64,000 nt of DNA from Squalus acanthias (Eukaryota), in assembly GCA_030390025.1 (NCBI GenBank), contig JASTWF010000343.1, positions 186,001 to 250,000 of the forward strand, read 5' to 3'. Below, piece by piece: positions 22,948-38,213 of the stretch (position 1 is its first letter; each line of letters opens with the position of its first letter). A program made the position numbers and the translations under genes. A model generated the notes under the pieces. The model saw only the letters and a list, made by a program, of their open reading frames with translations, searched no databases and was not told the origin of the DNA.

Positions 22948-24030
22948 ATGCCTCTCTGTCTCTGTCTCTCTCTCTCTGTCTGTCACTCTCTGTCTCTCTC
23001 TGTCTCCCTCTGTCACTCTCTGTCAGTCTCTCTCTCTCTGTCGCTCTCTCTCTCTCTCTGTGTCTCTCTCTTTCTCTCTCTCTCTGTGTCTCTCTCTCTG
23101 TCTCTGTCTCTGTCTCTCTGTCTCTCTCTCTCTGTCTCTCTGTCTCTCTCTCTCTCTCTTTGCCCCTCTCTCTGTCGCTCTCTCTCTGTCTGTCACTCTC
23201 TGTCTCTCTCTGTCTCCCTCTGTCACTCTCTGTCACTCTCTCTCTCTCTCTGTCGCTCTCTCTCTCTCTCTGTCTCTCACTCTCTCTGTGTCTCTCTCTC
23301 TGTCTCTGTCTCTCTCTCTCTGTCTCTCTCTCTGTCTCTCTCTCTCTGTTTCTCTCTGCCTCTGTCTCTGTCTCTCTCTCTCTTTGCCCCTCTCTCTGTC
23401 GCTCTCTCTCTGACTGTCTCAGTCTCACTCTCTTACTCTATCACTCTCTGCCAATCTCTCTGTCTCTCTCTCTTTCTCACACCTGTCTCTGTCACTCCTT
23501 ATGTCTCTCTCTCTGTCTTTCTCACTCTCTCTCTATGTCTCTCATTTTTTCTTCCCTGTCTCTGTCTGTCTCTCTCTCTCTGTTGCTCTCTCTGTTCGTC
23601 TATCTCTCTCTTTCAATCTGTCTCTACCTCTCTCTCTCTCTCTGTCTTTCTCACTCTCTCTCTGTCTCTCTTTTTTTCTCTCTGTCTCTCTTTTTTTCCC
23701 TCTCTTTCTCTCTCTCTCTCTGCCTGTCTCTCTCTGCCTGTCTCTCTCTGCCTGTCATCTCTTCCTGTCTCCATCTACCTTTCTCTCCCCATATTACACT
23801 GTCTCAGTCTCTTTCTCTCTGTCTCCCTCTCATTCTCTGTCACTTGCTCTGCCTCTCCGGCTCTGTTCACCTCTGTGCCTCTGTCTCCCTATCTCCCTGA
23901 CTCTCTCTGTCCCACTCTGCATCTCTCTATTTCTCTGTACCTATTACTCTGTCTTTTCCTCTCACACTGTCTATTTCCTCTTTTCTCGGCCCTTCTATCG
24001 TTCTCGCCCCTTCTATGCCTCTTCCTCCCT
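22948..24030. repeat. ~1.1-kb (CT/CTGT)n microsatellite
   Basis: Polypyrimidine tract. Confidence 0.97.
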
Positions 24031-24039
24031 ATTGTCATA

Positions 24040-25690
24040 GTAAAATAGGAGCTAGTTGAGGTATTGGATGGCATGAACATCGATAAAGTGGATGTACTAG
24101 AAAGGCTGGCTGTACTTAAAGTAGATAAGTCACCAGTAGCGGATGGGTTGCATCCTAGGATGCTGAGGGTAGCAAAGGTGGAAATTGCGGAGGTACTGGC
24201 CATAATCTTCCAATCCTCCTTAGATACAGATGTGGTGCCAGACGACTGGAGAATTGGAAATGTTACACCCTTGTTCAAAAAAGTGTGTAAGGCTAATCCC
24301 AGCTACTACATGCCAGTCACTTAACCTCGGTGGCAGGGAAGCTTTTCGAAACAATAATCCAGGACAAATTAAACAGTCACTTGGACAAGTGTGGGTTAAT
24401 TCATGGAAACCAGCAAATATTTGTCAAAGGCAAATCGTGTTTAACCAACATGAATCAATGTTCTGATCAGTTAACAGAGAGGGTTGATGAAGGCAATGTG
24501 GTTGATGTTGTGTACATGGACTTCCAAAAGGCTTTTGATAAATTGCCACATAATAGGCTTGCAAGCAATGTTGAAGCCCATGGAATTAAAGGGATAGTGG
24601 CAGCATGGATACGAAATTGGCTAAGTGACAGGAAACAGAGTAGTGGCTAACGGTTGATTTTTGACTGGAGGAAGGTATACAGTGGTGTTCCCCAGGGGTC
24701 AGTACTACGGCCACTGCGTTTCTTGATATATATTAATGATATAGACTTAGGTGTGAACGGCAGTATTTCAGAATTTGCGGATGACGCAGAACTTAGAAAT
24801 AGATTTAACAGCGAGGAGGATAGCGATAGACTTCAAGAAGACATAGGCAGACTGGTGAAATGGGCGGACACGTGGCAGATTAAGTTTAATGCATAAAAGT
24901 GGGAAGTGATACATTTTGGTAGGAAGAAGGAGGAGAGGCAATATAAACTAAAGGGTACAATTCTAAAAGGGTTGGAGGAACAGAGAGCCCTGGGGGTATA
25001 TGAGCACAAATCGCTGAAGTTGGCAGGACAAGTTGAGAATGCTGATAAAAAAACATACGGGATCCTGGGCTTCATAAATAAAGGCATAGAGTACAGAAAT
25101 AAGGAAGTTATGATGTACCTTTATAAAGCACTGCTTCGGCCTCAACTGGAGTATTGCGTCCAATTCTGGGCACCACACTTTAGGAAGGATATGAAGACTT
25201 TAGAGAGGGTACAGAAGAGATTTTCAAAACTGCTTTAGTGGATGAGGGAATTCAGTTACGTGGATAGACTGGAGAAGTTGACGTTGTTCTCCTTAGAGCG
25301 GAGAACATTGAGAGGAGATTTTATAGAGTTGTTCAAAATCATGAGGGGTCTAGATAGAGCAGGTAGAGAGAAACTGTTCCCATTGGCGGAGGGGTCGAGA
25401 ACCAAAGGACACAGATATAAGGTGATGGGCAGAAGGTCCAGAAACGAAATGAGGAAAAACTTTCTTACATAGCAAGTGTTCATAATCTGGAATAAACTGC
25501 TTAAAATGTTGGTGGAGGCAAATTCCATCCTGGGTTTCTAAAGGGAATTGGATAAGTAGCTGAAAGAAAATACATGTTTGGGCTACGAAGAAAGGGCGGC
25601 GCCGTGGGACTTGCTGAAGTGCTCTTGCAAAGAGTCGGAACGGTTCCTCGGGCCGATTGGCCTCCTTCTGTGCGGTAACCATTCCATTTT
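24040..25690 (+). mobile_element. 5'-truncated CR1 LINE
   Basis: ORFs 24064-25472 with RT motifs. Confidence 0.93.
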
Positions 25691-25694
25691 TCTA

Positions 25695-26050
25695 TTCTCT
25701 GTTTACATCTCTATGTCCCATTTTCTCTCTCTTTTTCTCTCTCCCTCTCTTTGCCTATCTCACTATCTGCCTCTTTCGCTGTCTCTATCTATCTCTCCTT
25801 TTCTTTCTCTCGCTCTCTGTCTCTCGCCCTCTCCACTCTGTCTCTGCCCAGGTCTCTCGCTCTGAATTCCTCTCTGTCTCCCTCAATCTGTTTGTTTCTC
25901 CTTGTCTCCCTTTTATCCCGGTTCTCTCACACTCTCTCTCTTATTTTGTCTCTCCCTGTCTGTCCCCATCCTCTAATGTGTTTTTCCTTGTCTCTCTTTT
26001 ATCCCCCCTCTCTGTCCCTGCGTCCCATTAACTGTATCTCTCACTAAATG
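25695..26050. repeat. CT-rich low-complexity tract
   Basis: (tctc)n. Confidence 0.9.
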
Positions 26051-26055
26051 TCACT

Positions 26056-28612
26056 CATAGAAACATAGAAGATAGGAGCAGGAGTAGGCCATTCGGCCCC
26101 ACGAGCCTGCTCCACCATTCAATGAGATCATAGCTGATCATCCAAATTCAGTACACTGTCCCTGCCATTTCCCCAAATCCCTTGATCCCTTTAACCTTAA
26201 GAAATATATCTAACTCCTTCTTGAATATATTTAATGAATTGGCCTCCACTGCCTTCTGTGGTAGAGAATTCCACAGGTCCACCACTCTCTGGGTGAAGAA
26301 ATTCCACCTCATCTCTGTCCTAAATGGCTTACCCCTTATCCTTAGACTGTGACCCCTGGTTCTGGACTCCCCGACCATCGGGAACATCCTTCCTGCATCT
26401 AGTTTATCTAATCTTGTTAGAATTTTATAAGTTTCATTGAGATCCCCTCTTATTCTTCTAAACTCCAGCGAGTATAAGCCCAATCGACCCAATCTCTCCT
26501 CATACGTCATTCCTGCCATCCCAGGTATCAGCCTGCTGAATCTTCGATGCACTCCCTCCATGGCAAGCATATCCTTCCTCAGATAAGGCGAACAAAACTG
26601 CACACAATACACAAGGTGTGGTCTCACCAAGGCCCTGTACAACTGCAGCAAGACATCCTTGTTCCTGTATTCGAACCCTCTCGCTACGAAGGCCAACATA
26701 CCATTTGCCTTCATAACCGCCTGCTGCACCTGCATGCTTACCTTCAGCGACTGGTGCACAAGGACACCCAGGTCTCGTTGCACTTCCCCTTCTCCCAATC
26801 TATTGCAATTCAGATAATAATCTGCCTTCCCGTTTTTGACACCAAAGTGGATAACCTCGCATTTATCCACATTATAATGCATCTGCCATGATTCTGCCCA
26901 ATCACCCAAACTGTCCAAATCATACTGGAGTTTTTCGACATCCTGCTCACAACACACACGCCCACCCAGCTTTGTGTCGTCTACAAACGTGGAGATATTA
27001 CATCTAGTTCCCTCGTCCAGATCATTAATATATATTGTGAATAGCTGGGGTCCAAGGACCGATCCCTGCGGTACCCCACTAGTCACTGCCTGCCACTCGT
27101 AAAAATACCCGTTTATTCCAACTCTTTGCCTCCTGTCTGCCAACCAGTTCTCTATCCAAGTCAATACCTTGTCCCCAATCCCATGTGCCTTAACTTTGCA
27201 CTCTAATCTCTTATGCGGGACTTAATCAAAAGCCTTTTTTAAGTCCAAATACACCACCTCCACTGATTCTGCCTTATCTATTTTACCAGTTACATCCTCA
27301 AAAAATTTCAGTAGATTAGTCAAGCATGATTTAACTTTTGTAAATCCATGTTGACTTTGTCCGATCCTGTCACTGTTTTCCAAGTGCTCTGCTATTAAAT
27401 CTTTTATAATGGACTCTAGCATTTTCCCCTCTACCGATGTCAGGCTTATCGGTCTATAATTCCCCGTTTTCTCTCCACCACGTTTTCTGAATCGTGGGGT
27501 AACATTAGCTGCCCTAAAATCCATGGGTACTGTTCCAGAATCTATCGAATTTTGGTAGATGACCAGCAATGCATCTACTATTTCTAGGTCCACTTCCTTA
27601 AGTACCCTAGGATGTAGATTATCAGGCCCTGGGGATTTATCGGCCTTCAATCCCGTCGATTTCGGTAACACCATTTCCCTACAAAACTGAATTCTTTCAG
27701 TTCCTGCCTCTCATTAGACCCATTGTTCCACGACATCTCTGGGAGGTTATTTATGTCCTCCTTTGTTAAGACAGAACCAAAGTATGTATTTAATTGGTTA
27801 GCCATTTCGTTGTTCCTCATTATAAATTCCCCTGATTCTGACTGCAAGGGACCTACGTTTGACTTCACCAATCTTTTTCTCTTCACATATCTATAAAAGC
27901 TTTTACAGTCAGTTGTTATGTTCCCTGAAAGTTTACTCTCATACTCGAGTTTCCCCCTCTTAATTCATCCCTTTGTCCTACTTTGCTGAATCCCAAACTG
28001 CTCCCAATCCTCAGGTTTACTGCTTTTTCTGTCCAATGTATATACCCTCTCGTTGGATCTTATGCTATTCCTAATTTCCCTTGTTAGCCATTGTTGAGTC
28101 ACCTTTTTTGTTTTATTTATATGCCACACTGGGATGAACAAATTCTGCAGTTTATCCTTACGATCTTTGAATGTTTGCCATTGCCTATCCACCGACAGCT
28201 CTTTGAGTAACATTCGCCAATCAATCCTACCCAACTCGGGCCTCACACCATCGTAGTTTCCTTTATTTAAATTCAGGACAGTAGTCTCCGAGTCAACTAC
28301 TTCACTCTCCATTTTAATGAAGAATTCTATCATAATATGATCGCTCCGACCCAAGGGGCCTCGCACAACAAGATTGCAAATTAATCCTTTCTCATTACAT
28401 AATACCCAGTCTAAAATGGACTGACCTCTAGTTGGTTCCTCGACATATTGGTCCAGGAAACCATCCCGTATACACTCCAGGAATTCCTCCTCCACAGTAC
28501 TGTTACTAATTTGGTTAGCCCAATCTATATGTAAATTAAAGTCACCCATGATAACTGCTGCGCCATTATTGCACGCTTCTCTAATTTCCCTTTTAATGCC
28601 ATTCCCAACCTC
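26056..28612 (-). mobile_element. 5'-truncated CR1 LINE (part of EN plus RT)
   Basis: ORFs 26148-27164 (338 aa RT C-terminal half), 27222-27674 and 27965-28612 (GDFN, SDH). Confidence 0.95.
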
Positions 28613-28614
28613 CG

Positions 28615-31600
28615 CATAAGAACATATGAAATAAGAGCAGAAGTAAGCCATACGATCCCTCGATCCTGCTCCGCCGTTCAATAAGATCCTGGCTGATCAT
28701 CGACCTGAACTCCACTTTCCTGCCCGATCTCCATATCCCTCGATTTCCCCAGAGTCCAAAAATCTATCTATCTCAGCCTTGAATATATTCAAAGACACAG
28801 CATTCTCAGCCCTCTGGGGAAGATATTTCCAAAGATTCACAACCCTCTGAGTGAAGATTTTCCTCCTCATCTCAGTCTTAAATAGCGTACAACTTATTCT
28901 GAGAATTTCCCCCCTAGTTATAGACACTCCAGCCAGGGGAAACAACCTCTCTGCATCTACCCTGTCAGTCTCCTTCAGAATCTTGAATGATTCAATGAGA
29001 TCAACTCTCATTCTTCTAAACCCAGAGAGTATATGCCCATTCTACACAATCTCTCATCATAGGATAGCCCTTTCATCCCAGGAATCAATCAATGAACCTC
29101 CGTTTCACCGCCTCCAAGGTAAGTATATCCTTCCTTAGACAAGGAGTGCACTGTACTCCAGGTGGGGTCTCACCAAGACCCTGTACAATTGTAGCAAGTC
29201 TTCCTTACTCTTATACTCCAACCCCCTTGCAGTGAAGGCCGACATGCCATTTGCCTTCCTTATTGATTGCTGTACCTGCATGCTAGCTTTCTGTGTTTCT
29301 TGCACGAGGACAGCCAAATCTCTCTGAACACCAACATTTGAAAGTTTCTCACCATTTAAAAAATATTCTGTTTTTCTATTCTTCCTACCAAAGTGAATAA
29401 CCTCACATTTCCCTACATTATACTCCATCTGCTACCTTACTGCCTACTCACTTAGTCTATCTATGTCCCTTTGCCAACTCTTTGTTTTCTCCTTACAGCT
29501 TACTGTCCCACCAACATTGTATCATCAGCAAACTTGTATACATTACACTCGGTCCCTTCATCTAGATCATTAATATAGATTGTAAATAACTGAGGCCTCA
29601 ACACTGATCCTTGCGGCACCCAACTACTTGCAGCTTGCCAACCTGAAAAAAATCCATTTATCCCTACTTTCTGTTTTCTGTCCATTCACCAATCCTCTGT
29701 CCATGCTATTATATTACCCCCAACCCTGTGAGCCCTAATCTTGTGTAATAACCTTTTATGTGGAACCTTATCGAATGCCTTTTGGAAATCCAAATATGCA
29801 ACATCCACTGGTTCACCTTCATCTACCCTGCTAGTTACATCCTCAAAAAATTCTAATAAATTTGTCAAACACGATTTCCCTATCATAAAACTATGTTTTC
29901 TCTGCCTAATCATGTTCTGATGTTCTCAGTGCCCTGATACCACTTCCTTAACAATGGTTTCTAGCATTTTCCCGACGACTGATTTCAGGCTAACTGGCCT
30001 GTAGTTCCCTGTTTTTTCTGTCCCTCCTTTCCTGAATAGCAATGTTACATTTGCAACATTCTAATCCACTGGTACATTCTAGAATCTAGGGAATTTTGGA
30101 AGATCAAAACCAATGAATCTACTATCTCTTCAGCCACCTCTTTTTGAACCCGAGGATGTGTGCCGCCATTTCCAGGTGATTTGTCGGCTTTCGGTCCTAT
30201 TAGTTTCTCTAGAACTTTTTCTCTACTTATATTACTTCCGTTAAGTTCCTCACCCTCATTAGACCCGTGGTTCCCCACCATTTTTGGTATGCTTTTTGTG
30301 TCTTCTACTGTGAAAACAGATACAAAATATTTGTTTAACATTTTAGCCATTTCCTTATTCCCCATAATAATTTCTCCTGTCTCAGCCTCTAAGGGACCAA
30401 TGTTTACTTTAGCTACTCTGTTCCTTTTTACATACTTGAGAAACTCTTACAATCTGCTTTTATATTTCTTGCTAGCTTTCTCTCATATTCTATTATTCCC
30501 TTTTTATCAATTTTTTGGTCAAACTTTACTGGTTTCTGAAACTCTCCTAATCCTTCGGCTTACTATTATTCTTTGTAACATTATACGCTTCTTCTTTCAA
30601 TCTAATGCTATCTTTATCTTCTATAATTAGCCATGGTTGAACCATTTTCCGGTGGAATTTTAATTTCTCAATGGAATGCATGGTTGTTGAGAATTATGAA
30701 ATATTTATTTAAATGCTAGCCACTGCTTATCTACCGCCATACCCTTTAATCTATTCTTCCAATCTACCTTAGTCAATTCACCTCTCATACCTATGTAATT
30801 GGCTTTATTTAAGATTAAGACTCTAGTTTCGGACTTAGGGAAGTCACTCTCAAAATTAACGTGAAATTATATCATATTATGATCATTCTGCCCCAGAGGA
30901 TCCTTTACTATGAGACTGCTAATTAATCCTGTCTCATTACACAGTACACGATCTAAAATTGCCTGTTGCCTGATTGATTCCTGGAAATATTGTTCTAGGA
31001 AACTGTCCCGAATGCATTCTATGAACTCGTCCTTCAGACTACATTTGACAATTTGATTTTTCCAGTCTATATGAAGATTGAAGTCCCCCAATATCATTGC
31101 ATTACGTTTGTTTCAAGCTCCTACTATTTCTTGATTAATATTCTGTCCAACGGTAAAGCTATGTTAGGGCGCCTATACACTACTCCTACCAATGTTTTCT
31201 GCCCCTTGTTATTCCTTATTTCCACCCACACTGATTCTACTTCCTGATCTTCCGAGCCGAGATCCTTTCTCGCTACTGTCCTTAAGTCATCCTTTATTAT
31301 CAGAGCTACTCCCCCTCCTTTTCCATTCTGTCTTTCATTTTGAAACGTCACGTACCCTGGGACATTTAGTTCCCAAACTTGGCCACCTTGCAACCATGTC
31401 TCTGTAATGACTATTAGATCAAACCCATTTATCTCTATTTGTGCCACGAGTGTGCCTATCTTGTTACGAATGCTTCGTACATTTAGATAAATTGCCTTTA
31501 ATTTACATGTTTTTACCAGTATTCCTTGCTTTGACCTTGATCTTTGCTACATTGCTACTGTTAAACTCTCTGTCCCTTCCTGTCACACTCTGCTTATTTT

Positions 31601-33005
31601 TACCCAAATCGCTACACTGCTCTATTGCCTTGATTTTCTCTTTAGATTTCTAAATTTAACCTAACCTGACCCCTACCTCTTTTTTAAAGATAAAAACCCT
31701 ATCTACAGCCCTAGTTATTTGATTCGACAGGATGCTGGTCCCAGCCTGGTTTAAGTGGAGCCCCTCCCGAAGGAACAGCTCCCTCTTTCCCCATTACTGT
31801 TGCCAATGCCAGATGAATTGAAACCACTTTTTCCCACACCAGACTTTGAGCCACGCATTTAACTCTCTGATCTGCTTGACGCTATGACAATTTGCGCGTG
31901 GCTCAGGTAATAATCCAGAGATTATTAGCCTTGTGTTTCTGCTCATTAATTTAAAACCTAGCTCTCTAACTTCCTCAGCAGAACCGCATTGTTAGTTCTA
32001 CGTATGTTGTTGGTTCCTACATGGACCACGACAACTGGATCCTCCCACTCCCACTCCAAGTTCCTCTCCAGCCGCAAGGAAATATCCTTAACCCTAGCAG
32101 CAGGCAGACAGCACAGCCTTTGGGACTCTCTATCGCGGCTGCAGAGAAGAGCACCTATTCCCCTGACTATACTATCACCTACTACTACCACTTTCCTTCC
32201 TTTTCCCTCCACGTGGATGGACCCCTTTATCGCAGTGCCATAGTCAGTTTGCCCATCCTCCCTGCAGTCCTTTTCCTCATCCATGCAGGTAGAAAGTAGT
32301 TGCTACCTTCTGGACAAGGTCCAGGGCTGAGCCTCCTCCATCATTATATCTTGGGTCCCCATACCTTCCTGACTCGCAGTCATATTCTCCGGTCCCTGAA
32401 CACTGACGAACTCTAAAGTACATCTTAACCTAAAGGGTGTGACTGCCTTCTGGAACAAAGTGTCCAGGTAACTCTTCCCCTCCCTGATGCATCGCAATGT
32501 CTGAAGCTCGTACTACAGCTCAACAATTCTGAGTCGATGTTCCTCGAGTTGCAGACACTTACTGCAGATTTGGTTGCTCGGCATCGCGAAGTTCTCCACA
32601 AACGCCCACATGCTGCAGTTACGACAGACCACCTGCCCTGCCATCTCGACCCTTGTTTTATGTATTAATTAATTCAGTAAATATTTTATTCAATCGATAT
32701 TTTAGGTTTATTGTTTGATTATTTTTATCAGTTTGTTCTTTTTTTAATAAGTACTAGCAAGTTACAGTTTCTCAGCTCTTAATTTAACCGACTTCCCGAA
32801 CTTCGAGAGCAAAAAGAGCTGTAACACTCATCAGCCAATCACCTACCTGCTCGCCTGTGACGTAACTCTTTGATGTTTTTTAATCGGAGTCTCGCTGCTG
32901 CCGCTGCTTTAATTCAGGTCTGCTACCGGGCTGCTCTTTATCCTCTCGCCGCTGCTTTAATTCAGGTCCGCTCTCGGGCCGCTCCTTGTCCTCTCATCGC
33001 TGCGG
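28615..33005 (-). mobile_element. Near-full-length decayed CR1 LINE (5' UTR, ORF1 esterase, ORF2)
   Basis: ORF1 GDSIVRG..HVGTN at 31958-32284; EN at 31124-31447; RT at 28697-30365; GC-rich 5' end with repeated gctgctttaattcaggtc. Confidence 0.92.
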
Positions 33006-33011
33006 CTGATG

Positions 33012-33342
33012 TTATTACTTACATTAATATTAAATTATTCTTTTCTGCCCTTTGCCCTGTTCATAAAACTCACTTCCAGTGTCAGGCTTCACTCCAGCTC
33101 TTCCCACACTGACATCCCACTATGGGCCGTAACCAGGGGCGGTGTCCTCTCTCCAGGTGACATCACACAGGAACCAGGAGCCAATCACACAGCAGCTAGG
33201 AATGATGTCACTAAGCGGCCGGAGCCCCTCCCACTCGAGGTGTCAAAGGGTCACATTGACCAGGCTCTGCTCCAGCTGTGCAGTCTCACTGGGCATGAAC
33301 ACAGGGTGTACAATCCGTCCCGTCGCCGACCCCGCTCCCCTC
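33012..33342 (-). promoter_or_regulatory. Candidate promoter and first exon module, copy 2
   Basis: Paralog of 11394-11735; has CCAAT, TGACATCA, GGTCAcatTGACC at 33249-33261 and a GTAAGT donor at about 33022. Confidence 0.4.
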
Positions 33343-34940
33343 ATAGAATTATAGGATGATACAGCCCAGGAGGAGCCCATTCGGCCCATCGTGTCTGTGC
33401 CGGCTCTTTTAAAGTCTTATCCAATTAGTCCCACTATCCCGCTCTTTACCCATAGCCCTGCAACTTTTTCAGCTTCGTGTATTTATCCCATTCCCTTTTT
33501 AAATTTCCTATTGAATCTGCTTCCAACACCCTTTCAGGCTGTGCATTCCAGATCACAACAACTCGCTGCGTAAATAATGTTTTCCTCACGTTGCCTCTGG
33601 TTCTTTTGTTAATTACCTTAAATCTTTGTCCTCTGGTTACCGACCCTTCTGCCACTCGAAACAGTTTCTCCTTATCTGCTCTATCAAATCCCTTCAGGAT
33701 TTTGAGCAACTCTCTCAAATCTCCCCTCAAATCTTTGCTCCAAGGAAACCAGTTTCTCTAGTCTCTCCACGTAACTGAAGTCCCTCATTCCTGGTACCAT
33801 TCCAGTAAATCTCCTCTACACCCTCTCCAAGGCCTTGACATCCTTTGTAACGTGGAGCCGAGAATTGGACACAAACGTCCAGCTGTGGGCTAACTAGTGA
33901 TTTATAAAAATGTTTGCATAAATTCATTACTTTTGCATTCTGCCTCTATATGTAAAGCTAAGGATCCCGTGTGATTTTTTTACAGCCTTCTGAACTTGTC
34001 CTGCCAACTTCAAACACTTCTGTACATACACCCCCAGGTCTCTCTGTTCCTGCACCCTCTTTAAAATTATACCATTTAGTTTATATTGCCTCTCCTTATT
34101 CTTCCTGAAGGACTTTACTCGACCAGGGAGCTCTAGCTTTGGATGCCCTTCCTTTTCCCATCGTGAGAATGTGTCTGTTCTGCACCCGAACTAGCTCCTC
34201 TTTGAAGGCCTTTCATTTATCATTTACTGTTTTAACTGCCAATCGTTGATTCCATTCCACCTGGCCCAGGTCCCTTCACAACTCACTGAAATTAGACCTA
34301 CTCCAGTTCATTTTTCGTTGTCCTTTTCCAGAACTACTCTAATCCTAATGATATTTTGCTCACTTTTTCCCAAATGCTCCCCCACTGAAACAGACCCCGC
34401 TTGCCCCAGAACTAGATCCTGCTTCTTTCCTCGTTGGGCTGGAAACAACTGATCAAGAATGATCTCTCATACACATTTCAGGAATTCCTCTACCTACTTT
34501 CCCTTTACACTGTTACTAACCCAGTCTATATTAGGATAATTGAGGTCCCCCATTATTACTACGCTAAAGTGCTTGCATATTCTTGCTATTTGCCTGAAAA
34601 TTTGCTACTCTATCTCTTTCCCACTATTTGGTGGACTATAGTATATAATCAGCAGCCTAATAGCTCCTCTATTTTTCCTTAATTGTAACCAAATATATTC
34701 TGACTTTTAACCCTCAAGTACATCCTCCCTTTCTAGTGCTGTGATCAGTACTGCCATCCCTCCTTTTATTGCTCCCCTATCTTTCCTGAATATATTATAG
34801 CCAGGAATGTTGACTGGACATTCCTCCCCTTGTTAGAGCCATGTCTCCATTATTGTCACTATATCATAATCCCATGTGACTACTTGGGCCTGCAGCTCAG
34901 CATCCTTATTTACCCCACTCCGTGCATTTACTCACTCCAA
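33342..34940 (-). mobile_element. Decayed CR1 (3' end and EN fragments)
   Basis: ORFs 33446-33927; EN start remnant at about 34900. Confidence 0.85.
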
Positions 34941-34944
34941 ACCT

Positions 34945-37900
34945 ATAAGAACATAAGAACATAAGAAATAGTCACACGAGTAGGCCAATTCGCCCCTGGA
35001 GCCTGCTCCGCCATTCAATAAGATCATGGTTGATCTGATCCTAACCGCCAATCTATTATCACAGAACCATCTCCTGAACCTAACAGAATTGGACAGACGA
35101 AATAGGTGCAGGATCAGGCTACACGGCCCCTGGGCCAGCTCCGCTACCCACAGGGCCATGACCAATCCATACCTAGACTCATGTCCAAATTCCTGCCTGC
35201 TCCCCGTAACCCTTAATTCCCTTTACTTCTAGGAAACTGTCTATTTCTGTTTTAAATTTATGTAATGATGTAGCTCCTACAGATTTTTGGGGCAGCATAT
35301 TCCATGGACCTACCACCCTCTGAGAGAAGTAGTTCCTCCTCATCTCAGTTTTGAAAGAGCAGCCCCTTATTCTAAGACTATGCCACCTATTTCTATTTTC
35401 ACCCATCATCGGGAACATCCTCCCCACATCCACCTGATCCAACCCCTTCACAATTTTATATGTTTCCATAAGACCGCCTCTCATTCTTCTGAACTCCAAT
35501 GAGTAGAGTCCCAATCTACACAACCTCTCCTCATATGTCCATCCCCTCATCCCCGGGATTAACCGAGAGAACCTTCTTTGTACTGACTCGGGATCAAGTA
35601 TGTATTTTCTTAAGTATGGACACCAAAACTGTATGCAGTATTCCAGGTGCGGTCTCACCAATACCTTGTACAACTGAAGCAATACCTCCCTATTTTTATA
35701 TTTTATCCCCCTAGCAATGAAAGCCAACATTCCATTGGACTTCTTAATCACTTGCTGCACCTGCATACTAACCTTTTGAGTTTCGTGCACCGTGACTCCC
35801 AGATCACTTTGTACTTCAGTACTTTCCAGTTTCTTGCCATTTAGATAATAACTTGCTCTAATATTTTTCCTGCCAAAGTGCCTTACCTCACACTTTCCAG
35901 TATTGTATTCCAGCTGCCAAATCTCTGCCCACTTACTTAGCCTGTCTAAGCCCCCTTGCAGATTGTTTATGTCCTCCTCACTCACTACTTTCCCTCCCAT
36001 CTTTGTATCATCTGCAAACTTTAATATGTTACACTCGGTCCCCTCCTCCAAATCATTAATATAGATTGTAAAGAGTTCGGGACCCAGCACTGACCCCTGC
36101 GGAACACCACTAGTTACTGATTGCCAGTCTGAGAATGAACCATTTATCCCAACTCTCTGCCTTCTGTTAGATAGCCAATCCTCTATCCATGCCAGAATAT
36201 TACCCCCAATCCCGTGATTTTTTATCTTAAGTAATAATCTTTTGTGTGGCTCCTCGTCAAATGTCTTTTGGAAGTCTAAATACACCACATCCACTGGTTC
36301 CCCTTTTTACACCCTGTATGTTACTTCCTCAAAGAACTCCAGCAAATTTAAAAAACATGACTTCCCCTTCATAAAACCATGCTGACTTTGTCCTATTAAA
36401 TAATGATTATCCAAATGTCCCGTTACTGTCTCCTTAATAATGGACTCCAAAATTTTATCTACCACAGTTGTTAGGCTAACTGGTCTATAGTTTCCTGCCT
36501 TCTGTCTACTGCCGTGTTCAAATAAGGGTCTTACATTAGCAGTTTTCCAGTCTGCCGGGATCTTTGCTGAGTCCAGGGAGTTTTGGAAAATTATTACCAA
36601 TCCATCCACAATCTCTACCGCCACTTCCCTCAAGACCCTCGGATGAAAGCCATCAGGTGCAGGTGATTTATCCACCTTGCGTCCCATTATTTTACCGAGT
36701 ACCACTTCCTTAGTGATTTTGATCGTGTTTAGCTCCTTCCCCCCCTATAGCCCCCTGTTTGTCCAGAGTTGGGATATTTTTAGTGTCCTCTACTGTAAAG
36801 ACTGATACAAAATATTCATTCAGTGTTTTTGCCATCTCCATATTTCCCACCACTAATTTCCCGGTCTCATCCTCTAAGGGACCAACATTTACTTTAGCCA
36901 CCCTTTTTCTTTTTCTATAACTATACAAACTCTTACTACCTGTTTTTTTATTATTTTTGAAAATTTACTTTCATAATCTATCTTCCCTTTCTTAATCAAT
37001 CTTTTTGTTATTTTTTGCTGTCTTTTAAAGTTTTCCCAATCCTCTATCCTCCCACTAGATTTGGCTATGTTATACGAACTTGTTCTTATTCGAATACCAT
37101 CCTTAATTTCTTTATTTAGCCACGGATGACTGTCTTTTCTTTTACACCCTTTTCTTCTCAGTGGAAAATATTTTTTTGGAAGTTGTAAAATAACTCCTTA
37201 AATTTACACCACTCAACATGTATCGTCTTACCCTTTAATCTATTTTCCCAATCCACTATACTCAATTAGGCTCGCATACCTTCATAGTCTCCTTTATTCA
37301 AGCTTAGCACGCTTGTTTGAGATCCAACCTTCTCACCCTCTAATTGAATATGAATTCAACAATTTTATGGTCACTCATTCTAAGGGGATCCTTTACTAGG
37401 ACATTTTCAATTAATCCTGTCTCGTTACACAGGACCAGATGTAAGGTTGCTTGCCCCCTGGTCGGTTCAGTTACATACTGCTAAGAAAGCCATCCCGAAT
37501 ACACTCAATGAACTCATCCTCAAGACAGCCCTGCCCAATTTGATTTGTCCAATTAATATGATAGTTAAAATCCTCCATAATTATAGATGTTCCCTTATTA
37601 CAAGCCTCAACTATTTCCTGATTGATACTCCGTCCAACAGAGTTGCAACTGTTCGGAAGCCGATAGACTACGCCCACTAGTGTTTTTGTTCCCCTTATTA
37701 TTCCTTATCTCCACCCAAACTGTTTCATTACCTGATCTTTTGACCCAATATCATTTCTCTGTATTACAGTGATTCCCTCCTTTATTAACATAGCCACCCC
37801 ACCTCCCCATCCTTCCTGCCTGTCCTTCTGATCCTTAAATAACCTGGTATGTTAATTCCCAGGCATTGTCACCCTGCAGCCATGTTTCTGTAATGCCCCA

Positions 37901-38213
37901 AGATCATACCCATATGTAGTTATTTGTGCCATTAACTCGTCTATTTTGTTACGAATGCTACGTGCATTCAGATAGAGAACTTTCAAATATACATTGTGAC
38001 ACTCAGTTCCAGCTTTTGCCCTTTATATTACTTTACCTTTTACTCCATACTTTCTGCCCCTTCCTGACACACTCTGGTTTTTATTTTCCCCACTGCTACC
38101 TAAATCTATGACCTTCTCTGTTGTCATTTTTATTATTTGCTCTCTAGGAACTCCCCCCCCCCACTAGTTAGTTTAAAGCCCTCTCTACAGTCCTAGTTAT
38201 ATGATCCGCCAGG
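34945..38213 (-). mobile_element. CR1 LINE, double-3'-end subfamily, truncated at the end of ORF1
   Basis: ORF 35179-36294 (371 aa RT), EN remnants to about 37990, (TTCTTATG)n tail; closely similar to 44235-47490. Confidence 0.93.

Noticed and set aside
22851..24048. 349-aa and 366-aa Ser/Leu-rich ORFs and a Glu/Arg-rich antisense ORF
   Set aside because: Translations of a (CT)n microsatellite
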